Under the pieces are notes generated by a model. That model was not told where the DNA came from. It was given only the letters and a program-made list of their open reading frames with translations, and made no database searches. This document shows positions 30,528-64,000 of a stretch of DNA of 64,000 nt, one piece after another. Each line of letters opens with the position of its first letter. The stretch's first letter is position 1. The stretch comes from the human T2T-CHM13v2.0 reference genome, Homo sapiens. A program made the position numbers and the translations under genes. Location: assembly GCF_009914755.1 (NCBI RefSeq), contig NC_060939.1; one strand, 5' to 3'.

Positions 30528-31965
30528 TGGCCAGGAGCAGTGGCTCACACCCATAATCCCAGTACTTTGAGAGGCCAAGGCAGGAGGATGGCTTGAGCCC
30601 AGGAGTTTGAGACCAGACTGGGCAACATATTGAGACCCCTATCCCCACAGAAAATTAAAAAAAGACTTAGCCAGGTGTGGTGTTACACGCCTGTGGTCCC
30701 AGCTACTCCAGAGGCTGAGATGGGAGGATCACCTGAGCCCAGAAGTTAGAGGCTGCAATGAGCCATGATAGTGCCATTGCACTCTAGTCTGGGTGACAGA
30801 GCAAGACCTTGTCTAAGGAAAAAAAAAAAAAAAAGAGAGCTTGTGCTTGAGGAGATCACTGTCTAGTAGGCGATGGTATGTGCTCTATAGGGTTCAGCAA
30901 CAACATGGTGCAATCAGAGTGCAGGGAGGGGTCCTAAGTTTTATCCAGAGGGCGTCATAGGAAGCTTTCTTTCTTTCTTTCCAGGCCAGGATAAGTGTTA
31001 CCAGCTCTGCAAAGTCTTTCTCTCCCTCTTTTTTTTTTTTTTTTTTTTTGAGATGGAGTCTCGCTCACCCAGGCTGGAGTGCAGTGGCATGATCATGGCT
31101 CACTGCAACCTCTGCCTCCTGGGTTCAAATGATTCTCCTGCCTCAGCCTCCTGAGTAGCTGAGATTACAAGCCTGCACCACCATGCCCGGATAATTTTTG
31201 TATTTTTAGTAGAGATGGAGTTTCGCCATGTTGGCCAGGGTGGTCTCGAGCGCTTGACCTCAAATGATCCGCCTGCCTCCGCCTCCCAGTGTGCTGGGAT
31301 TACAAGCGTGATTCACCGCGCTCGACCTGCAAAGCCTTTCTTGACACATCCGTCTTTCCTCACTGATCTGTTCGTTTTTTGATGGCAGAGACCTTGTCTC
31401 ACTCATTTTTATGTCCTCACACGGAAAACGGTGGCTGGCTAATAGTGGTTACTCAATAAGTATTTGTTGAATGGATTAATAAAATAATTCCTAGCAGTCA
31501 TTTGGCATGGAATCATGTACAGTCGTGCTGTTTATTGTTTTCTAGGGCATGTCTTTCCAGCACAAAATGATGGTAAATTTTCTGGGTGCAGAGACAGCTC
31601 TTACTGTATTTTACAGGCTACCCAGTGCCTAGTCCAGTGGTGGGTAATGCTTACAGGAATGTACCTGTTAGAAGTTCTTACAGAATTCTTTTGTTTTGTT
31701 TTGTTTTCTGACAGGGTCTCACTCTGTCGCCCAGGCTGGAGTGCAGTGGCGCAATCACAGCTCACTGCAACCTCCACCTCCAGAGGCTCAAGGGATCCTT
31801 CCACCTCCGCCTGCCGAGTAACTGGAACCACAGTCGTGTGCCACCGCGCCCAGCTAATTTTTGTATTTGTTGTAGAGATGTGGTTTCGCCATGTTGTCCT
31901 GGCTGGTCTCAAGCGATCCGCCCGTCTCGGCCTCCCGAAGTGCTGGGATTACGGGCGGGCGCCAC
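30528..31965. mobile_element. Three Alus upstream of the SLC28A2 promoter (+, -, -)
   Basis: Alu matches at ~30528-30833, 31028-31328, 31685-31965. Confidence 0.85.
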
Positions 31966-31989
31966 CTCTGCATAAGTCTTAGGCCTGCA

Positions 31990-32140
31990 AAACAGTCTTA
32001 AAAACATATAATAATTAACTTGAGAGGTGCAGTCCTCCTCTACAGTGAGGGCAGGCTCAGCGAAGGAGGGCCCAAGACATAAAACTAACCAATGGCAGGA
32101 AAGCCCCCATGCCCCACCCAAGCTGCCCCTCCTCCCTCGC
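31990..32140 (+). promoter_or_regulatory. SLC28A2 proximal promoter
   Basis: HNF1-like TATAATAATTAAC 32007-32019, CCAAT 32089-32093 and GCCCCACCC 32111-32119 lie just upstream of exon 1. Confidence 0.6.
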
Positions 32141-32202
32141 AGCTGAGCTTTTCTTTCAGTCCTTCACTGAGGAGCCAGAGGGAATCAATTCCACAAGCTG
32201 GG
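32140..32202 (+). other. SLC28A2: SLC28A2 non-coding exon 1 (5' end approximate)
   Basis: Strong donor GG|GTAAGT at 32202/32203, downstream of CCAAT and CACCC boxes. Next acceptor is TTTTTCAG| at 33122. Confidence 0.7.
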
Positions 32203-33138
32203 GTAAGTAAAGGTGTTTGGGGGAGGGCAGGTGCCTAATTTACAAATTTTTAAAGAGATCATATTTAAACTAAATGCAGGTAGTTTTGTGCCTAGTCAGG
32301 AAGGCCCTAATTTACACAATATAAGTTGGTTATGTGTGTTTAATGAAATTATACTTCAAATGCTTGAAGAGATCACATTTTCAAAAGCAATTCCATGGGG
32401 AAGGGAATTTTCTGCAAAGTAAATAAATATCTCAGAATGAACTTATATTCTAATTGTGAATGTCCATGTATTAAATTTGCTTATTCTGAGGCCCAAATGT
32501 TTGCTTATTTTGTTTAAAAACTTTACTTGGGATCATTAACATTCATACTAATTATTTTAAATGTAAGTTTTGTTAATTTCACTGATGAGTTCTCTCTGGG
32601 GCATAAAAAACCAATTCTTATGCTACATTATAGTCAGGAATTTGAAGGCCTGTAAATTGTTATCTGTTCAGCAATACTTTAGGGTCCGGGTCTTCCCAAC
32701 TGCCTTCCTCCCTGTTTCCTTCTTACTCAGCAAGCTCAGTGGGGCCTCCCTGGGGCTAAAAGGAGTAGTTACCCTGTGACTCTTTCTTTGAGGGTCCAAG
32801 TAGGAACCTTTATAGCCCAGATCCTGGGGCCCTGGGCGGCCCACTGATTCATTTCAATTCCACTGCCTTTCATTTCTCTTCTCCTATCTTACTGCCTCTT
32901 CTTTAGCTATTCACAAGAGGAAATAGGATTTTATTTTTCATTATTTATTATATAAAAATTACACATCCAATCTTCTCAATTCTCAGTTCTTAAAGAAATC
33001 AACTAAGCCTTCAAAGACTTTTAGTTTTGCGTTTTCCATGGGTAACTGGTCCTAAAAATTCTCCCCATCCCCACAGAACAGAATGACCAATCTTTCAGGC
33101 TTGGCCTGAATTTGTTTTTCAGTTGAGGAGAACAGGAG

Positions 33139-55446
<22,308 letters not shown>

Positions 55447-55586
55447 GGCTGCTTGATCTATTTCTATAACAGTTTTGATCTTAAAAGCTTTGTGATTGCA
55501 AAGGTGTTTATGTACTCAGGGTGCCCACAACTCACTCACCAAGATGTTTAACAGTAAGTAACAGTAAATGTAAAAGATTCATTTTG

Positions 55587-56488
<902 letters not shown>

Positions 56489-57550
56489 GAAAAAATAAGT
56501 ATTACTATGTCAAAAAAGTCTTACAAATCATGCTTCTAGTTGCCATCTTAAAAATTATGTGATGCAGTGTGCTATAAATGTGATTTAGTATGTAATTTGC
56601 CTGGGACGGGGGAGAAGCTACATTTATTGGCATTGTGGATGAGCTGGATTTATATTACTGATGTTACCTTTGAAAGGTATATGAATATTTAATGATAAGA
56701 TTTTTCTGGTTGTCAAACATTTGTAAATCTGCAAACTTCTTAACAACATTACACAGTAAACAAAAAATACTTCCTGTATACTAAGGAAGACTTCTAAGGA
56801 ATATCCATTTCTTAAAGGCCATTACTTCGTTGTAGTATTCTGCTTTAGTGCTAGCCACATTTGCTCCAAGTTTATGGGGAAGCCTTTAAAACAGTAATTT
56901 TCAGTGGGAAGGGGGCCAATTTTGCTTTTCAGAGGACATCTGACAGTGTGTCTCCAGACATTATTGGTGATTAAAGTGGGAGGATGCTACTGACATCTAG
57001 TGAGTAGAGGCCAATATTGCTACTAAAATTCCTATAACCAAAGGTCAGCTCTCCCACAACGAAGAATTACCTGGTCCCAAACGTCAATTGTGCTGAGACT
57101 CAGAAACTCTGATTCAAAATATTTTAGATATTTATTATATTTAATATTATTTATTATATTAATATTATAGCCCTAAGGAAGGGTTTCAAAAGGATACAGG
57201 AGTTCCTCAAAAAGTTAAACACAGAATTACCATAGAGCCCCACAATTCCACTCCTACATACACATTCAAAAGAATCAAAACTAAGTTCTCAAACAAGTAC
57301 ATGTACATGCATGTTCACAGTAGCACTATTCAAAATAGCCAAAAATTGGAAACAGTCTAAATGTCCATCAATGGATAAATTGTGTTACATACACACAATG
57401 GAATTTTATTCACCCATTAAAAAAAGAAGTACTGATTTATGCTATGTAGAGGCACCCCGAAAACATGCTAAACGAAAGAAGCTAGACACAAAAGTCTTAT
57501 TATTGCATGATTCCATTTAGATGAAATATTCAGAATATATAAATCCATAG

Positions 57551-57954
<404 letters not shown>

Positions 57955-58484
57955 GGGAATGTTTTGGAACTAGATAGAGGTGGTGGTTGTGCAACATTGT
58001 GAATATTATGTCACTGAATTGTTCACTTTAAAATGGCTGTTTATGTTATGTGAATTTCACCTCAATAAAAAAAATTTTTAGAAGGATTCAGGTACTTGTA
58101 TCTTCCCTTAGCTAATCTACGTCCTTCAATTTCCCAGTTCTCTCAGCTCAGAACCACTTGGTCGTCTTCTCAGTCTCGATTCCTATCTTCTCTCCCGTTT
58201 TCCAAACTTGACAGAAAAAGGAAGCTTCAATAAATTGTTTCTTGAACTACAGATGAATTTTACTCTATGCCTGGTTTATTTCTGAGAGGCAGCAGAATGC
58301 AATGGTTAGTGGTATTGGACATGACGCCAGATTACTTGAATTCTGATTCAAGCTCTGCCAGTTATCACTAAGGTGATTTTGGACAAGTTCCTTAACTTCT
58401 CTGTGCCTTGGCATCCTCATCTATAAAATAAAGATAGTGAGACCCACCTTATAGGTAAAGACAGTGACACTGCTGTAAGGGGAT

Positions 58485-58865
58485 TATCTGTTTTCTGTTG
58501 CTCATAACGGAATACGTGAAACTGGGTAATTTATAAAGAAAAGGAGTTTATGTCTTAGGAGGCTGAGAAGTCCAAGGTCAAGAGGCCACACCCGGTGAGA
58601 GCTTCTTGCCAGTGGGGACTCTGCGGAGTGCAGGGGCAGTGTAAGGCATCGCATGGTGAGGGGGCTCAGTGTGCTATCTCAGGTCTCCTCTTATAAAGCC
58701 ACCAGTCCCTCTCCGTGATAACCCATTAACTCATGAATGGATTGGTCCATTCCGGACGGCAGAGCCCTCATGACCCAATCACCTCTTCAAGACCCCATTC
58801 TCAATATTGCCACACTGGGGAACAGGTTTCAACATGAGTTTCCGAGGAGGCATTCAAATCACAGC
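58485..58865 (-). mobile_element. MST-like MaLR LTR
   Basis: AAACTGGGTAATTTATAAAGAAAAG...TTTCAACATGAGTTT pattern. Confidence 0.65.
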
Positions 58866-59099
58866 AGGGAACAAAACAGTGACTGCTCGCTCCAAGTCTA
58901 ATGTAAGGTTAGCTATTACTATTAGCTGTTACTAATAGCATTACTATACTTACTATAATACCATAGTTAATAGTATTATAGATTATAGTAGTAATAATAC
59001 CATTACTATCATTTAGGAACCTGAGTTCATGGCTATCGATTTGTTGAGTAATGTATGAAATTCAGTTCACACAAGGAAGCATGAGAGAAGGGGACTCTA

Positions 59100-59700
59100 T
59101 CTCCGTCCAGGGCGGGGGCCAACTTTTTAATTCGGTTTTTAAATTCTCAGGTTCCTACTTAAAGTAAACCTGGCCTAAACTCTCCCTCTTAGAGGGCTTC
59201 GCTGTAAATGCGGGAAGCATGCCAATCTCAACACCAGTGTCTGCAGAACACTGTCAAATGCAGGAGGGAACAGGAAAAACAAGAACTCACTGTGTCCTCG
59301 ATAAACGCGACGGGGCGAGAGGCGCTCCCAGGCGAGGGCGGAAGTGATGTGAGAGGGTGTAGACCGCCCTGGTTGGGTGGAAGGGCCAGTCAATCCTGGG
59401 AGGCCCAAAACGGGGACCAATCGCTCTTGGGCTCCGCCCTGGAGGCGGGGAAAACACGCCCACCACGCGTTGTGGGCGGTGCCACGGCGCACGCGCATTC
59501 CTCCCACAGCTAGTCTATCCGGGTCCTGATCCGGGACTCTGAGATGAAGAGCTGTTGGAGCAGGAGAGTCCTGAGAGAAAAAGACGGAAAATCGTGGAAA
59601 GGCGCTGTGGAAAGGAGTAGTGTGGAAAGGAGACCGCGGGGATGAGGAGAGGAGAGAGGCAGGCTGCATCACCGAATGGGCAGCATGTCTTAAAGTACAC
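59100..59700. promoter_or_regulatory. CpG-rich promoter, probably of an antisense lncRNA (SLC28A2-AS1)
   Basis: Non-repeat CpG cluster with GC boxes, CCAAT at 59222 and 59417, ETS GCGGAAGTG 59338-59346, NRF1 GCGCACGCGCA 59487-59497. Confidence 0.7.
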
Positions 59701-59804
59701 TGTTTGTCTTAAAGTACACCGTAAAGCCTCTCTTGTGCCTGTTGTTTAGAGCCTGCCCTTTTTGCTTAATGTGTATGGACATCTTTCTAGGCCAGTACTT
59801 ATAG

Positions 59805-59975
<171 letters not shown>

Positions 59976-60633
59976 TAATTTTTTTATGTTTTGTAGAGAC
60001 AGGGTCTCGCTATGAACGTTTGTGTCTCCTGAAGTTCATATGTTGAAATTCTACTCCCCCAGGAGGCTGAACAAGAGGGTAAAGCTCTTATAGGAGGGAT
60101 TAGGTTATTAGGGTGAAACCCTCATGAGTGGAATTAGTGCTCTTATTCAAAAGGCCTGAGAGAGGTCCCTTGTCCCTTCTGCCATGTGAGGTTACAGTGA
60201 GATGATGGCTGTGAGATGATGATGAGGAACTGGCCCTCATCAAACACCAGATCTTCTAGTGCCTTGATCTTGGACTTCCTATTTCCACAACTGTGAGAAA
60301 TGAGTTTCTTTTGTTTAAAAGACGCCTAGTCAAAGGTATTTTATCACAGTAGCCTGCACAGACTAAGACAAATAGTTTCTCCATATCTCTACCATAAATT
60401 TCTTATATTTCTTTTCAGTGGCACCTGGCTCCATGTCCTGTGTATGTCTGACTCCCAGAGGCCAGAGGTAGGCTCAGAAGGGTGGGGTTAGGGGATGGGT
60501 TAGGTCCAGCTGGTAGTTGATGAGGGTGGCCTGAGGGATCCAGACAGGAAGCTCCATGCCATGTTTCTGGTATAAGGCCAAAGATCAGAACTGATGGAGC
60601 CAAATCTGTTCTCAGGTAATGGAAGTGAGGTAA

Positions 60634-60795
<162 letters not shown>

Positions 60796-63063
60796 TGAGT
60801 AGCTGGGACCACAGGTGCATGCCACCATGCCTGGCTAATTTTTGTATTTTTGGTAGAGACGGAATTTCGCCATGTTGCCCAGGCTGGTCTTGAACTCCTG
60901 AGCTCAAGCGATCCATCTGCCTTGGCCTTCCAAGGCCACCGCGTCCGGCCATGTCATCAAATAGTTTCAACACAATTGCCAGACACTCATGATAAATATC
61001 TGTCATCAACAGGAAAGCATAGTTCAGGAAATTGATTCAAAATTACCTAAATAAAATATGTTACCACTTATATTTTCATTAGACTGATTAACTTTGATCA
61101 GTTTCTGTTTTTAAAAACTCAGCTCTTGCTTCCAGACAAGCAAATGGTGTATTTCTTTCAAGCCCCAAATTTACTTTGTCACTGTCTCAAGGTTCATGCC
61201 TCTCACATTCATCAGTAGATTTCCCTTGACTATAAAAATCCTTTCCATAAATTCGAAGCAGGAATCAAAACATAATATTGAAGCAGTTTAACAAATATAG
61301 AGTGGGAACTTTTTTTGCTGAAATCATATTTCCACTTGTCAAGAGCTGTTGTTCCATGAAGGGAGGTAAACATTACGACTGTGACATTGAGTGCCTCATT
61401 AAGAAAAATGGGAGGAGAGAGCCCTGTTTTCCATGGCGACAAGACTCAGATTTGAATTATTCATTAAATGAAGAATATTTCTTTATGATTAACCAAACTC
61501 AGAGGACAGTGTCACAAATTTCCCACAGAAAAGATATTCTTCAGACACTTGACAGTTGAGGGCTCCTGTATTCATGGTTTTGGAAGCAAATGTATGACTC
61601 TGTGAATGGGCAAACTGTCTTTGAACTATGTGACTATAATTTATAGAACAAAAACCAGTATCAATTTATTTCCTTGGTAGATTTCAGAGACAAGCTAAAT
61701 ATTTAAAAGAATGTTTTAGGATGGCTAGAGAATGGAAGACATTATCACTAGTCATATTTTTATAAAAGCAAAACACTCCATTGCATAACTCTTTGCTGCC
61801 TAGATGGTGGTCGCCATTCTTGTGGACTAACTGAAAGCCATTTGCTGCCTGGCTGCCCCATGCTACTGCAGACCACAGCTCACGGCACTGTTGAGCTGCT
61901 TAGATTTGGCTGACTGTGTCAGCGTGTGCGACTGAGCACAGTGGCACTTAACAAAGGCTTAGAAGGGGTGGGGAACATGCTCCTACCAGCCATATCGTGT
62001 AAGAATCACACACAAAAAATTCACTCAATTACTATTCATAATAATAGCTAACATTTACTGAGTGCCTACTAACTGCCAGGCGTTGGATATTACTTGACCA
62101 AATTCTCACAAAAACTCTATGAGGTATCTCACAGTCATAAAGCCACAGCCACAGCCCCTGGTGCTAACATGCCCCCATACACCCCCATACACTGAGTACT
62201 GACTCAGGAGGAAAGACTGAAGCATATTGGCCAAAATGGGCTGCAGAGGCTCTTTCTTCCTGAGAAGCTGGCTGGAGGAGTGGGTACTACCACCCAGAAG
62301 TGTGAGAGAGTTCATGTCTAGGGTAGGGTAAACCTTGACCACTGAGAGACAGGAGACAAAAAGAAGCCAGCATTGTTCACCCTTCCTCCCGTGAGAGGCA
62401 GTGGCTTCATATGTACTCCGTGGAGATGCCCTGGAAGGCCAGGCAAACATCTCTGTTCGCAGTGAAGCTATGGCCATCTTGGTAGCACATCTCTTTGTTT
62501 TTACATCTCCCCTACCTCACTTCTTTTTTCTCGTCATACTTTCTTCCCTGCAATTTCACCAATCAATAAAGCATCCATCACAAAAATGTGCATATTTTTG
62601 CTCTAAGCTTTTCTTGAGACTGTAGGCTCAAAAATGCTAGTACCAGGAGTAGTCTTTAAAAGCAGACCTTTAAAAGTGTGATTTTAGAGACTAGCCCACC
62701 TATCTAAAGGCAATCAGAACTGTTTCCCCAGTGGTAAACAGGATAGTATAACCCTGCCATGCAGGGGCATGCATGACAATTACTAAGGCTTTCACCTCCA
62801 GTTGACTGGGATGAGGTGCAGATAGAAGATAAGGAATTAGGATATTATGTGGCTGCTGTATTTGATCAGTATGGGAGCAATAATAACGGCACAGAGTGGA
62901 GAATAGACTGGCTGCTCTTGAGAGCATTGGAAGTCTTGGAAAAAGAAAATGATAGTTCAAAGCAGCATATTGCCAACTAAGTAACAATATGAAAGCCAGA
63001 GGAGTTCTGTGGCAGCCATAAAGGAGACTCATCTCTTGCAGCAGTAGGTTAGACACTGTTGAA

Positions 63064-63290
63064 AACAATGAGAACACTTGGACACAGGGTGGGGAACATC
63101 ACACACCGGGGCCTGTAGTGGGGTTGGGGGAGGGGGGAGGGATAGCATTAGGAGATATACCTAATGTAAATGATGAGTTAATGGGTTCAGCACACCAACA
63201 TGGCACATGTAAGCATATGTAACAAACCTGCACATTGTGCACATGTACCCTAGAACTTAAAGTATAATTTTAAAAAATTTAAAAAAATTA
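63064..63290 (+). mobile_element. L1PA 3' end fragment
   Basis: ACAATGAGAACACTTGGACACAGG...GTACCCTAGAACTTAAAGTATAAT. Confidence 0.85.
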
Positions 63291-64000
63291 GGTTCAGGGC
63301 TGGGTGCAGTGGCTCACACCTGTAATCCCAGCACTTTGGGAGGTCGAGGTGGGTGGATCACCTGAGGTCAGGAGTTTAAGAGCAGCCTGGCCAACATGGC
63401 AAAACCCTGTCTCTACTAAAAATACAAAACTAGCTGAACATGATGGTGCACACCTGTAATCCCAGCTGTTGGGGAGGCTGAGGCAGGAGAATCACCTGAA
63501 CCGGGAGACAGAGATTGCAGTGAGCCAAGATTGTGCCATTGCACCCCAGCCTGGGCTACAGGAGGGAAACTCTGACTCAAAAAAAAAAAAAACAATAAAT
63601 AAAAAGAAAAGAAAAGAAATTAGGTTCAGGATCCAGAATGGCAAAGCTGCTAAAGGTATTGAATGCATAGCTTCAACAGCTTTCCCATGTGGAGGTATTT
63701 TCCAGAAAAGAAAAATGTGAGGCGTTAAGACCTGAATAAGAAATATGTGAGTGGCAGAGTGACCAGTGAACCCAAGGCATCAGCATCACCTGCTAGACAT
63801 GCAGAGTCTCAGGCCTCGCCCCAGACCCACTGAATCAGAATATGCATGTTAACAAGATTCCCTGGCCGGGCACCGTGGCTCACGCCTGTAATCTCAGCAC
63901 TTTGGGAGGCAGAGGCAGGAGGATTGCTTGAGCCTACAAGTTCAGGGCCAGCCTGGGCAACATAGTGGACCCCGTCTGTACAAAAAAATTAAAAAAAAAA

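Noticed and set aside
58905-59012. Degenerate TAA/TAG/TAC low-complexity tract
   Set aside because: No regular period or spacers; not an array.
59175-59672. 165-aa - strand ORF
   Set aside because: Stop-poor GC-rich promoter sequence with no recognisable domain.

Overview
Human genomic DNA, not prokaryotic. It is the chr15q21.1 SLC28A2 (CNT2, Na+/nucleoside cotransporter) locus, identified from the protein sequence. SLC28A2 is on the + strand: a non-coding exon 1 ending at 32202, then 17 coding exons from ATG 33139 to TAA 55446. These splice at GT-AG boundaries to 1977 nt (658 aa). This haplotype encodes Leu22 and Arg75. Upstream, on the - strand, is a full-length 8.6 kb HERV-K provirus (14435-23029; LTR14C/HERV-K14C = HML-9 by recollection of the LTR) inserted inside an Alu with a GGTCTC target-site duplication (TSD). 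Its gag, pol and env are broken, but pro is nearly intact. The most striking observation is an apparently intact two-exon rec-like ORF (100 aa) with all four required splice sites preserved. Other unexplained structure: a 211-bp inverted duplication fused to an L1 stub, a 77-bp direct duplication around exon 16, an L1 with a short 3' transduction, a young AluYa5 downstream of the stop codon, and an orphan CpG promoter near 59.1-59.7 kb. The rest is Alu/L1/LTR/DNA-transposon debris. Repeat boundaries and subfamily names are read by eye and approximate unless a TSD is quoted.
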